Source: Bacteroidota bacterium (lineage in GTDB: Bacteria > Bacteroidota > Bacteroidia > NS11-12g > UBA955). From it: a stretch of DNA of 64,000 nt. The DNA is taken from assembly GCA_027621365.1 (NCBI GenBank), contig JAQCBH010000001.1:200724-264723 (forward strand), given 5' to 3'. Both the position numbers and the translations under genes were made by a program. The notes under the pieces are model-generated. The model had not been told where the DNA came from and made no database searches. It saw nothing but the letters and a program-made list of their open reading frames with translations. Positions 40,633 to 50,187 of this stretch are shown here, piece after piece. Numbering within the stretch: position 1 is the stretch's first letter; each line of letters starts with the position of its first letter.

Positions 40633-41676
40633 ATGCGCCGCTTCAAAATCCCCTTGATCATTGCCGTTGGTTCTCTAGTGATTTTCGCACTATTGTGGAA
40701 AAACCAAAACCAAAGCAGCCCTTGGAACAGTGATTTGTTTCGCTTGAAAAAAGCCGAAAGCATCACAGCAATTTTATTGTCTTCCAATGATCCATCGAAA
40801 GGGTATGTCAAGTTCACGAAGAACTCCAAAGGTTGGACCGTCACAGATGGAACGCACTCCTATGCCGCCGATACCCAGAGCCTCAACGACCTCTTGTTTT
40901 GGGCCATGCCTCGACTGCAATTGAAAAATCCAGTACCGGATGCATCCAAAGAGAACATTACTCGAGAGCTCGCTCAAAGTGCAACCAAAGCGGTGTTCTA
41001 TTCCAATGACCAAGAGGTCCATACGGTCTACGTAGGCTCTCCTACCCCTACTCAAGAGTCTACCTATATGTATGCGCCTGACACGGAACGCCCATGCGTC
41101 ATAGAGATTCCAGGCTTCACCGGGTATCTCACTCCCTACTTTCATACCGACATTCAACAATGGAGGTCTGTTTACTTGATAGATGCCGAGGCTTCTGCGA
41201 TTCAAAGCTTGGAAGTCAACTACCCAAATGCACCCGATCAAAGCTTTGCCATTGTGCAAGACCCCATCCATTTCACAGCTGAATTGCGCCCCTCTTTAGA
41301 AGGCCCTGCGATCAAAAGCGCTCAAACCGGCTTATTGCTGGGATACCTTGAAATGAGCAAACGACTGAGCAGAGAAGCCGGCGAAAATGCGGGAATCAAC
41401 AGAAATGCCGAAGCTCAAAAAAACGTATTGAACGGCCCTGTTTTGGCTAAACTGACATACAAATTCACCGATGGAACATCGTCAACCATTACGTTGTATC
41501 CCATGCCCGTCGGCTCAGAAACCTATAGTCTAGACACACGAGAAGGTCGTCCCAAAATGAACGAAACCGACTTGTTTTGGGCCAGCCATTCAGACGAACC
41601 TGGTCGTTTGTGGGTCATTCAATCCTTGAACTTGCAAAACCGATTGAAGAAACGAAGCGACTTTTCGAAACCTTGA
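40633..41676 (+). CDS. Exported/membrane-anchored hypothetical protein (DUF4340-like)
   Basis: N-terminal TM; YVGSPT...TYM...IPGFTGYL..F..D...WR pattern. Confidence 0.6.
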   Translation: MRRFKIPLIIAVGSLVIFALLWKNQNQSSPWNSDLFRLKKAESITAILLSSNDPSKGYVKFTKNSKGWTVTDGTHSYAADTQSLNDLLFWAMPRLQLKNPVPDASKENITRELAQSATKAVFYSNDQEVHTVYVGSPTPTQESTYMYAPDTERPCVIEIPGFTGYLTPYFHTDIQQWRSVYLIDAEASAIQSLEVNYPNAPDQSFAIVQDPIHFTAELRPSLEGPAIKSAQTGLLLGYLEMSKRLSREAGENAGINRNAEAQKNVLNGPVLAKLTYKFTDGTSSTITLYPMPVGSETYSLDTREGRPKMNETDLFWASHSDEPGRLWVIQSLNLQNRLKKRSDFSKP

Positions 41677-41677
41677 T

Positions 41678-42412
41678 ATGTCTATGACATTCACTCTCAT
41701 TGGCGCCTTCATCGGATTCGCCTCAAGCGGTATGCCTGGAGCGGTCGTCGGATTGTTGATCGGGATGTATGTCGATCATATGAGTCAATCGGAAGAAGAG
41801 TCCGAGCCGAGCAAACGTAGCTACAGGCAAGCACCCTCTTACGATTTCAGAAACAACCTGCTGATTCTCATTGCCGCCATCATGAAGGCAGATGGCGCCT
41901 TGTTAAAAAGCGAATTAGACTTGGTCAAACAGATGCTGGTTCGCACCTATGGAGAAGAAGAGGCCAAAATTCTTCTGCTCCGTTTGCGCGAATACACCAA
42001 GCAGACCCACAATCTACCTGAAGTCTGCAGAAACCTTCGTTTGCGAATGGGTTACTCCCAACGATTGGAAATCGTTCACGTATTGTTTCGCATCAGCCGT
42101 GCCGACGGCAACATCAGCCCATCTGAATTGCAGGTTCTGCAAACCGTTTCAGCCCAATTGGGAATCAGCACTCCCGATTTCCTGTCGCTTCGGGCCATGT
42201 TCGTCAGCAGTCCTGATTCTGATTACCAAATATTGGAGATCAAGCCTGAGGCAAGCGACGATGAAGTCAAAAAAGCCTATCGCAAAATGGCTATGCGTTT
42301 TCACCCTGATCGACTTGGAGACCTGAGCGATTCCGAGAAAAAACAAGCCGAGGAGAAATTCTTGCGCGTTCAAAAATCCTACGAAGCCATAAGAAAGAAG
42401 AGAGGTTTCTAA
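41678..42412 (+). CDS. DjlA-like co-chaperone (TM + TerB + DnaJ domain)
   Basis: IMKADG, ISRADG, C-terminal J domain with KKAYRKMAMRFHPD. Confidence 0.88.
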   Translation: MSMTFTLIGAFIGFASSGMPGAVVGLLIGMYVDHMSQSEEESEPSKRSYRQAPSYDFRNNLLILIAAIMKADGALLKSELDLVKQMLVRTYGEEEAKILLLRLREYTKQTHNLPEVCRNLRLRMGYSQRLEIVHVLFRISRADGNISPSELQVLQTVSAQLGISTPDFLSLRAMFVSSPDSDYQILEIKPEASDDEVKKAYRKMAMRFHPDRLGDLSDSEKKQAEEKFLRVQKSYEAIRKKRGF

Positions 42413-42413
42413 G

Positions 42414-43388
42414 ATGACAAAAGTTCACATCACCCTGTTCGCCGTCGCTCTGTTTTACGGCATCATGTTTTCCTTGGCTGGCGAAATCATGCCCACTTAT
42501 TTGAGCCCCGAAGGCTTTGTTTGGATGCGTATCGCCTTTGCCGCCCTCTGCTTCCACCTCATTTCGCTTTTTCTCCCCAGTGAGAAGGCCGACTGGGCGA
42601 CGCACAAATGGGATTTCTTGCTCTGTGGCTTTTTGGGCACGAGTGGCAACATGTACTTGTTCTTCAAAGGTCTCGAGTTGACACACCCGATCAATGGGGC
42701 GGTATTGATGCTTGTCACACCTTTGGCCGTCGCTATTCTGGACCACTTACGCATCAAGCAGCCCATGAGAAAGTCATTCCTTTTGGGCTTGGTTGCCGCG
42801 TGTTCGGGAGCCTTTTGGCTCATGAGCCTTTCCAATCAAGGATTTCAATTCAATGCGAGCACTTGGAAAGGAGATGCATTCGTTGCTATCAATGCTTTGC
42901 TCTACGCCTTTTATCTGGTGCGCGTCAAAAACCTCACGGCTCATTATGGAGCCAACACCATCAACCGCATCACCTTTGGACTTGGCTTTGTTTATATGAC
43001 ACTGTACTGCCTCATCATATGGTGGTTAACCGACTTGAGTATAACTACCAGAGGGGCGAGATCGGCCTTCTCCATCGCTTTCTTGGGTCCCGAAAGCCAA
43101 CAGATCCCAACCGCTATCTGGTTCAAAATTGCCTACACCTTGATCTTCGTCAGCTTCTTGGTTTACCTTTTAAATACGTATGCCGTAAAAAAAGCAGGAC
43201 CGACACTGGCTGGGATTTACATATACCTGCAACCCGTTCTGGCCGCGATCATCGCTTTGGCCTTAGGCCGAGACGAAATGAGCTTCGAAAAATCTATTTG
43301 CATGGCCTTGGTTTTGTTGGGCGTCTGGTTTGCGAAGGAAAATAGCCCATCTGTTTTATCGAATCGCGTATCTTCGTGCAACAATTGA
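42414..43388 (+). CDS. DMT/EamA family transporter
   Basis: About 10 TM, two EamA repeats, YIYLQPV. Confidence 0.88.
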   Translation: MTKVHITLFAVALFYGIMFSLAGEIMPTYLSPEGFVWMRIAFAALCFHLISLFLPSEKADWATHKWDFLLCGFLGTSGNMYLFFKGLELTHPINGAVLMLVTPLAVAILDHLRIKQPMRKSFLLGLVAACSGAFWLMSLSNQGFQFNASTWKGDAFVAINALLYAFYLVRVKNLTAHYGANTINRITFGLGFVYMTLYCLIIWWLTDLSITTRGARSAFSIAFLGPESQQIPTAIWFKIAYTLIFVSFLVYLLNTYAVKKAGPTLAGIYIYLQPVLAAIIALALGRDEMSFEKSICMALVLLGVWFAKENSPSVLSNRVSSCNN

Positions 43389-43390
43389 CC

Positions 43391-43717
43391 ATGCAAAGCG
43401 CCAAAGCCAATACCATTCTTCAAAGCATCATCGACGATGCAACCAAGAACGGCATCAATGCCGAATCTTACATTGCCCAATTGCAAGAAGCCCGTGAGCT
43501 TGCCCTGAAAGAGGAAGATCCCTTGTTGGCTCGTGCGTTGCGTTTGACTTGGCAACATTTGGAAGCCAATGGCAACTTCGGCATTGAATTGGCTGAAGAA
43601 ATCGAAAGCGAAGAAGAAAACTTCACTTATTTCTTGTCACTGTGTATCAAAAGTGACAACACCTACAACCGAGACGAATTGCGTGAAATGACCAATGCCC
43701 TTCAGGCTTTGGCGTAA
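43391..43717 (+). CDS. Conserved hypothetical helical protein
   Basis: Biased codon usage; RELALKEEDPLL.RALRL...NF.Y.L.L....N.YNRDEL. Confidence 0.7.
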   Translation: MQSAKANTILQSIIDDATKNGINAESYIAQLQEARELALKEEDPLLARALRLTWQHLEANGNFGIELAEEIESEEENFTYFLSLCIKSDNTYNRDELREMTNALQALA

Positions 43718-43722
43718 AGAAA

Positions 43723-44019
43723 ATGAAACGTAGATTCGTCCATATTCTCATTTTGCTTTTCCTGGCCTTGCAATGGCCTCATATACACACGCATTCAAAA
43801 GGCCCTGTCCAAGATTGGCCTGAATCGCAGGAATCCTTAAACGAATCCTGTCAACAATGTGATTGGAGACAGACATCGTTTGATGTTCCCTCTGAACTGG
43901 TTGCTTATACCGTTTCAGAAGGTTGGCAACACAACATAACCTTAGCTCCTTATTCTTCTCCTGCCCTTTTGGGCTATGATTTCGGCCTTGAAAACAAGGG
44001 CCCCCCATTGGTTTTTTGA
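43723..44019 (+). CDS. Small secreted-type His/CxxC protein ending KGPP (DUF2946-like putative leader peptide)
   Basis: Hydrophobic N-terminus, HIHTH, C43QQC46, K92GPP; directly upstream of a TonB-dependent receptor. Confidence 0.6.
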   Translation: MKRRFVHILILLFLALQWPHIHTHSKGPVQDWPESQESLNESCQQCDWRQTSFDVPSELVAYTVSEGWQHNITLAPYSSPALLGYDFGLENKGPPLVF

Positions 44020-44120
44020 ATAGAATCGGGATTCTCCTATCCCCATTGCTTTAGCTACCCTCCTGCCAATGCTGGACGGTACCCATTGTCCAAACTTCAT
44101 TCAAAAACCAACACCATAGA

Positions 44121-46289
44121 TTGAAATCAATCATTGTCTTATTGCCATTCATCTGCTGGCCAATACTTGGAACAGCACAGGCACAGTCATCCCCAAAATC
44201 ATGGGTAATCACTTTGCTAGATAGCAGCAACATTCCGCTACAGGGAGCCGAAATTTTCTTGGAATCTATACGGGTGCAATTGACGAGCAATTCCATGGGT
44301 CAAGCCATAAGCCCTCCCATGAATCCGGGCGACTACGAAGTTGAAATTCACGTGGAGCAGCAACTTGATTGGCACACAATTGTTCCCTTTGGCGCCCATT
44401 CTGATTCCGTCCTCATACGAACCCCACTGAGAGTGGCCGAAAAATTGCAAACCATCACACTGGATGCTCGGCCGCAGCAAAAACCCATTTATTCCGCCTG
44501 GGATTCCAAAAACAACAGCGAGAATTTCAGTGATTTATTGGCCAAAGGTCAGGCTGCATTTCAATCAGTAAAAACAGGCAATGGCATACAGATCCCCATG
44601 TCTCAGGGGTTTTGGGGAATGCGATTGCCTTTGCTTCAACAAGGTATCCGATTGGAAAATCTAAATTGGGGATTGGACCATTCGCCAGAGTTGGATGCCT
44701 GGAATTTCGACCGCGTAATGGTATACCGAGGAAGCCGTTCTACCATCAAGGCGACCGATGGGAATGGTGTTGTAGTTGAGACAAAATGGGGCCCAGCGCC
44801 TCATACCTGGCACCGCGATTACCAGCAAGTATGTCAAGTACAAGGCTTCAATGGTCAATGGCAAGCGGCCGGCAAACTCAATTGGAACCCGAGTGGCGAG
44901 TGGTCTCGAGCCCACCAATTTCATTGGAGTTTTCAACGAAGCGGGAACATATACACGCCAGTGGGCTGGATGCGTAATACAGGGCAATACGAAGGATCTC
45001 TCTCCTATTCAATGAGAACTCGCAATGTCCAACTCATGACCTCCGTGTACGATGCCAAAAACGGCATTTACGCCGGCTCTAGAATTGGGAACTTGAGCGA
45101 CTTACAGCGCAGCCTTTCAGGAGAAACGCCACCCTCTATCGGGCCCTTTTCCTACGCTTTGGCATTGCCTTACCAAAGGGTGCATCACGGTCGAGTCCAC
45201 CTGCAAATCCTATCTTCGAATCCCTTAGATCTATCCATTCAGACCAATTACCGCAAGGAATACGACTGGAATCGATCGGGTGACTTCCCTCAGTTAGAAA
45301 TTGCGTTGATCAGCCTTCAACAACAAAAGCAATGGAACCTCAACTCCATTCAATTGGGCTTGCACGCCACTGAGCAATGGCAGCGCTATGGTGGATTTTA
45401 CTTCATACCCGACTATGTTTCTGTGCAAAATGGGGCCAGTTTGCATTGGAAATCCAAATCAGTGGATCTGGCTTTACGGTATGACCTTCAGTATAGAACA
45501 ACGCTATATCCATTCCGGGATGAACGCCATTTTCATCTCCCAGCCATTGGAGTGTCTAAGCAGTGGAGAAAGATTCAATTTCATTACAACTTTAGCAGCC
45601 GAAGCCCCTCTATAGTCGAGTTGTATGCCCGCGGTGTTCATCACGGAGCAGCCTCTTACTTGCAAGGTCAGAACACGCTAAAAACAGAGCACACTCATAA
45701 AATTCAATGGCTCATCCAGAATGAATCGTTCGGTTGGCAAGTGTTTCTCATGCATTCGCCATCGTTCATTGATTTGTTTCCGATGAAGGACCCTGTGCTC
45801 ACTGTTCGAGGGGCTTTCCCGGGATTCGAATACCGGCAGCAATCGGCCGTATATGCAGGAATTGCTTCAGAAGCCACCTCTGTCACTTTAGCTGGGCCAT
45901 GGTCTTTGGACGTTAAGGCTCAACTCACCTGGGCCCGACTCATTGAACTTCAGAGATTCCCCAATTTATTGCCAAGCCCAAACGGTCAAATGACCCTGAT
46001 CTATAGGCAAGAGAAATTCACCCTACACACTGCGTTACTGGGGACCATGCGCCAACCCTTCTACACTCCCAATACAGATTTTGCTCCTCCTCCTGCTGGT
46101 TATTTGCGCTTGGATTTGAGTGTGGAATGGAAAGATAAATCCCATGCTAATTGGAAATTTTTCATTACCAATGCCTCCAATACTCTGTACTACGATTATC
46201 TCGATCGCTTCAGGTACTTCTTACCCGCACCTGGAATTAACATAGGCCTACGATGGCAACAAGGTTATCACCACCATTACAATCATTAA
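44121..46289 (+). CDS. TonB-dependent receptor, probable transition-metal transporter (TTG start)
   Basis: Signal peptide, plug WGLDHSPELD, RSPSIVELYARGVHHG, NASNTLYYDYLDRFRYF...PGINIGL. Confidence 0.8.
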   Translation: MKSIIVLLPFICWPILGTAQAQSSPKSWVITLLDSSNIPLQGAEIFLESIRVQLTSNSMGQAISPPMNPGDYEVEIHVEQQLDWHTIVPFGAHSDSVLIRTPLRVAEKLQTITLDARPQQKPIYSAWDSKNNSENFSDLLAKGQAAFQSVKTGNGIQIPMSQGFWGMRLPLLQQGIRLENLNWGLDHSPELDAWNFDRVMVYRGSRSTIKATDGNGVVVETKWGPAPHTWHRDYQQVCQVQGFNGQWQAAGKLNWNPSGEWSRAHQFHWSFQRSGNIYTPVGWMRNTGQYEGSLSYSMRTRNVQLMTSVYDAKNGIYAGSRIGNLSDLQRSLSGETPPSIGPFSYALALPYQRVHHGRVHLQILSSNPLDLSIQTNYRKEYDWNRSGDFPQLEIALISLQQQKQWNLNSIQLGLHATEQWQRYGGFYFIPDYVSVQNGASLHWKSKSVDLALRYDLQYRTTLYPFRDERHFHLPAIGVSKQWRKIQFHYNFSSRSPSIVELYARGVHHGAASYLQGQNTLKTEHTHKIQWLIQNESFGWQVFLMHSPSFIDLFPMKDPVLTVRGAFPGFEYRQQSAVYAGIASEATSVTLAGPWSLDVKAQLTWARLIELQRFPNLLPSPNGQMTLIYRQEKFTLHTALLGTMRQPFYTPNTDFAPPPAGYLRLDLSVEWKDKSHANWKFFITNASNTLYYDYLDRFRYFLPAPGINIGLRWQQGYHHHYNH

Positions 46290-46302
46290 TATCTCAAGAC
46301 AC

Positions 46303-46836
46303 ATGAAAAAACATTCATTTATTATCATCGCCGCGAGCACACTGTTGTTCGCCTCCTGTGAGCGTCACGAAGAAGGTGAACTCATCACAACAGTAGAATT
46401 CATCGTTTCCCATTCAGGTTCATCCACTCAAACTCAATTTGAAGATTTGGATGGCCCTGGAGGTCAGGATCCGAATTTCCCAGACACCCTAGTCCTGAAC
46501 ATTGGCCAATCACAGGCTGAACTGAAATTCTGGAACAAGAGTCTGTCATCCCCCATTTCCATTACAGATGAAATTCTCGAGGAAGCCGAAGATCATTTGG
46601 TTTGTTGGGATTGGATACCGGACCAACCTGATGACCAAGATTTGATGAACATTTCCCGGACTGACAAAGACCCCAAAGGATTGGAGCTCGGAATGAAAGC
46701 AGACTTAAATGTAAAAAGTGGGAGCAGCGGCACAGGCATTATTCGCTGTACGCTCAAACACCAACCGGGCATCAAGACAGGCTCTTGCGCCCTAGGAGAG
46801 ACCGATGTAGAAGTCAACTTCCCAGTGCGCTGGTAA
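46303..46836 (+). CDS. Lipoprotein of the type that accompanies metal TBDTs
   Basis: LFASC lipobox, EEGELITTV, ITDEILEEAEDH, LKHQP, GETDVEVNFPV. Confidence 0.75.
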   Translation: MKKHSFIIIAASTLLFASCERHEEGELITTVEFIVSHSGSSTQTQFEDLDGPGGQDPNFPDTLVLNIGQSQAELKFWNKSLSSPISITDEILEEAEDHLVCWDWIPDQPDDQDLMNISRTDKDPKGLELGMKADLNVKSGSSGTGIIRCTLKHQPGIKTGSCALGETDVEVNFPVRW

Positions 46837-46844
46837 CCCAAACG

Positions 46845-46872
46845 AAGGGGCTCACAAAGCCCCTTTATTTTT
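46845..46872 (+). terminator. Intrinsic terminator after the TBDT operon
   Basis: AAGGGGGCT-CACAA-AGCCCCTTT followed by a T run. Confidence 0.65.
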
Positions 46873-46887
46873 GTATTTTCGCCACCT

Positions 46888-47979
46888 ATGAGTGAGGCTT
46901 CATTGAAAAACACCGCGTTGACTTCCGTACATGAAGGATTGGGCGCAAAAATGGTTCCCTTCGCAGGTTACAACATGCCTGTTTTGTATACCAATTTGAT
47001 TCAGGAACACCAAGCGGTGCGCAACGCCATGGGCGTTTTTGATGTGAGCCACATGGGCGAAGTTTTCATCACGGGCCCCAAAGCCTATGATTTGATTCAG
47101 TTCATCACCAGCAACGACGTCTCTACCTTGTACGATGGCCGGGTGCAGTACTCTTGCATGCCCAATGACCAAGGGGGTATTGTCGACGATTTGTTGGTTT
47201 ACCGCTACAGCGCGGAGAAATACTTGTTGGTCATCAACGCCTCCAACATCGATAAAGATTTGGCTTGGATGCACAAGCAAAACGAAAATTTCGGCGCCGA
47301 TATTCGCAATGCCAGTGAGGAATACAGCTTGTTGGCCGTGCAAGGGCCTAAGGCGACTGAAGCCTTGCAAACCCTGACTAGTACCGATTTGGGCTCAATT
47401 GAATACTACCATTTCACCGATGGCCAAATGGCCGGCCTGGACTGCATCATTTCCTGCACGGGCTACACCGGTTCGGGTGGTTTTGAATTGTACGTCAAAA
47501 ACGCCGAAGCCGAAGCTTTATGGAATGCCGTCATGAAGGCTGGAGAGTCTTTTGGAATTCTCCCCTGCGGATTAGGCGCTCGAGACACCCTTCGTCTTGA
47601 AAAAGGATTTTGCCTGTATGGCAATGACATCAATGACGAAACCTCTCCCATCGAAGCGGGATTGGGATGGATTACCAAATTCAATCATCCGTTCATGATG
47701 AGCGACCATCATTTGGCCATCAAGGAGAACAAACCTACCCGCAAACTCGTCGGATTCGAATTAGTTGATCGCGGTATTCCCCGTCAACACTATCCCATTT
47801 GCAATGCAGAGGGCAGCGTGATTGGAGAAGTTACTTCCGGTACGCAAAGTCCTTCCTTGAACAAAGCCATTGGATTGGGCTATGTTCCCACTGAGTTGAG
47901 CAAAGCAGGTTCAGAAATTTACATCGAGGTTCGCGGCAAACTATTGAAGGCCGTCGTGACCAAGATTCCGTTTTTGTAA
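46888..47979 (+). CDS. gcvT: Glycine cleavage system T protein
   Basis: FAGYNMP, FDVSHMG, TGYTGSGGFE, GLGARDTLRLE. Confidence 0.96.
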   Translation: MSEASLKNTALTSVHEGLGAKMVPFAGYNMPVLYTNLIQEHQAVRNAMGVFDVSHMGEVFITGPKAYDLIQFITSNDVSTLYDGRVQYSCMPNDQGGIVDDLLVYRYSAEKYLLVINASNIDKDLAWMHKQNENFGADIRNASEEYSLLAVQGPKATEALQTLTSTDLGSIEYYHFTDGQMAGLDCIISCTGYTGSGGFELYVKNAEAEALWNAVMKAGESFGILPCGLGARDTLRLEKGFCLYGNDINDETSPIEAGLGWITKFNHPFMMSDHHLAIKENKPTRKLVGFELVDRGIPRQHYPICNAEGSVIGEVTSGTQSPSLNKAIGLGYVPTELSKAGSEIYIEVRGKLLKAVVTKIPFL

Positions 47980-47985
47980 GATCGG

Positions 47986-49257
47986 TTAGGAGTCGTGACG
48001 AAGGGCCTCAATGGGGTCCAACTTCGCTGCGCGCTGTGCGGGCAGTAATCCAGCGCCCAGGCCTACGGCTAAACAGACCAAAACAGACAATAGCATCCAG
48101 GCCCAGGGAACAATAAAGGAAGTACCCAAGGCCATTCCTACGCCATTGCCGATGGCCGTTCCGAGCACAATTCCTCCCAAACCGCCCAATTGGCAAATCA
48201 CCAAGGCTTCCACTAAAAATTGATTTCGTATCTGCTTTGGGGTTGCCCCTAAGCTTTTTCGAAGCCCAATTTCTTTGGTTCGCTCCGTTACGCTGACCAA
48301 CATGATGTTCATCAAGGATATGGCAGCCCCCAACAAGGTGATCACAGCTATGACTGTTCCTAGGAGCCTTACCATTTTTAGATTCTCCAGAGCTTCTTTG
48401 GCCATAGCATCGCTTTGAACAAGGAAAAAATCAGCTTCTTGACCCGGAGACAATCGGCGTATTCGGCGCATGACCAAATAAGCCTCTCCCATCGCTTGGT
48501 TCAAATCAACCAAATCCGAAACTCCCACGGTGATCGTACAGTTTTCCTGAATGCGGGTAAAGTCTCGAGTGGCTCGGCTGATGGGGAGCAAAACTTGACG
48601 GTCCCCTCCTGACATACCCATGCTGGAGCCTTTTGATTTTAGTATCCCCGCTACTTTGTAGGATTTGCCATCTACTTTCACTTCTTCCCCCAACAACGAA
48701 GATGGCTTGGAACCTGCTAACTGTTTGGCCACTTCACTCCCTAGCCAAACAACGGGCAAGGCCAATTCTACATCGGCTGCACTAAGGCTACGGCCCACTT
48801 CTATTTCATAGGAAGACGATTGCAAATAATCATCGTCTACCCCCAAAACCCGAATGTTGGGATTGGTTTCTATCGAGCGTTCCTTTTGGGAACCCTGTCC
48901 TTTCAATATGCTGGATACTCGGCTATTGAAGCCCACATTCACTGACAAACTCACGGTGTATGCATCCGGCATACTGCGTTCAAATTCAGCAGCCTGTGCC
49001 ATTCGAATCTCCTCCCAATCGCTAAACTGCCCATTGCGCCGTAAGGAACCCGAATTTCGAATGGTAAATGACTGGGACCCCATCTTTGAAAAGGTCTGAG
49101 TAATGGCTTGACCCATGGCATCTATGCTGGTCAAAATGCCAACCAGTGCTGAGATACCAATGGCGATAATCAAAGCTGTGATGACGGCTCGAAGTGCATG
49201 TGCCCTGAGCGAACCCAATCCTTGGCGAACATTTTCTAGGGCAACTGACATGGTCAA
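47986..49257 (-). CDS. ABC transporter permease, MacB/FtsX family
   Basis: MNIMLVSVTERTKEIGLRKSLGA, QFLVEA, PAQRAAKLDPIEALR. Confidence 0.92.
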   Translation of the reverse strand: MTMSVALENVRQGLGSLRAHALRAVITALIIAIGISALVGILTSIDAMGQAITQTFSKMGSQSFTIRNSGSLRRNGQFSDWEEIRMAQAAEFERSMPDAYTVSLSVNVGFNSRVSSILKGQGSQKERSIETNPNIRVLGVDDDYLQSSSYEIEVGRSLSAADVELALPVVWLGSEVAKQLAGSKPSSLLGEEVKVDGKSYKVAGILKSKGSSMGMSGGDRQVLLPISRATRDFTRIQENCTITVGVSDLVDLNQAMGEAYLVMRRIRRLSPGQEADFFLVQSDAMAKEALENLKMVRLLGTVIAVITLLGAAISLMNIMLVSVTERTKEIGLRKSLGATPKQIRNQFLVEALVICQLGGLGGIVLGTAIGNGVGMALGTSFIVPWAWMLLSVLVCLAVGLGAGLLPAQRAAKLDPIEALRHDS

Positions 49258-49602
49258 TTAGGCGGAAAAAGATTGCCCGCAACCGCAGGTTTCAGAAGCA
49301 TTGGGATTGTTAAAGGAAAACCCTCGGTTGTTCAATCCATTTTCCCAATCGACCTCCATACCTAGCACATACATGATGTGGGCTTTGTTGAGCACAACGG
49401 GAATGCCTTCCACTTCGTAATGTGAATCCTTATCGGTGATTTCCTGATCGAAGGCCAAGAGATAAGACATACCGCTGCATCCGCCGCCCTTGACTCCAAT
49501 GCGCAAATGGGAGCGATCTTTCATCTCAAGGGCATCGTACAAACGGTGCAATTCTTCAAGGGCACCGGGAGTGAACTGAACGGGAACCGTAGACGTACTC
49601 AT
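49258..49602 (-). CDS. IscA/HesB A-type Fe-S carrier
   Basis: GVKGGGCSGMSY, NPNASETCGCGQSF. Confidence 0.95.
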   Translation of the reverse strand: MSTSTVPVQFTPGALEELHRLYDALEMKDRSHLRIGVKGGGCSGMSYLLAFDQEITDKDSHYEVEGIPVVLNKAHIMYVLGMEVDWENGLNNRGFSFNNPNASETCGCGQSFSA

Positions 49603-49674
49603 GATGCAAATTTACCCCAAATTGTCGGACATGGGCATGGCCCCCTGTCGGGCAAAGCCTGTATCTTTGTCGAA

Positions 49675-50187
49675 ATGGAATCCTGGATCAGCTTATTGCT
49701 CTTCACCGTAGGCATCTTGGGGGTTAGCCTGTTATTGATACAGAGCTTCACCAAAACGAGCCTGGCTATGCTTCGGGGAGAAATTCTCAAACAAAACAAC
49801 GACAAGTTGAGTTCACTCAAGCTTCAAGCCTTTGAACGGCTGACCTTATACTTGGAGCGAAACAGCGTTCCTAGCTTGATTCAGAGCTTTGGCCAAAACC
49901 AGGGCAGCGCAGCAGCGTTTCGCGCGGCAGCCGTCGCCAACATCAATGAAGAGTTCAACTACAACCTGTCGCAGCAAATCTATGTCAGCAAGCAATCTTG
50001 GGGAGCCGTCAAAGTAGTGCGTGAGCAAACCCTGCAATTGCTGCACATGGAATTCGCTAAGCTACCCGCCGAGGCTACAGCCCTGGACCTGAGCCAAGCC
50101 TTGATCAAAGCCGTATCGGAAACAGAATTGCCTCACCTAAAGGCTATTGATGTCATCAAAGGGGAAATTCAACTGCTGTTCGAATGA
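49675..50187 (+). CDS. Conserved hypothetical protein with N-terminal TM
   Basis: [29 protein letters not shown]; ATG 5 nt after TATCTTTG. Confidence 0.75.
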   Translation: MESWISLLLFTVGILGVSLLLIQSFTKTSLAMLRGEILKQNNDKLSSLKLQAFERLTLYLERNSVPSLIQSFGQNQGSAAAFRAAAVANINEEFNYNLSQQIYVSKQSWGAVKVVREQTLQLLHMEFAKLPAEATALDLSQALIKAVSETELPHLKAIDVIKGEIQLLFE

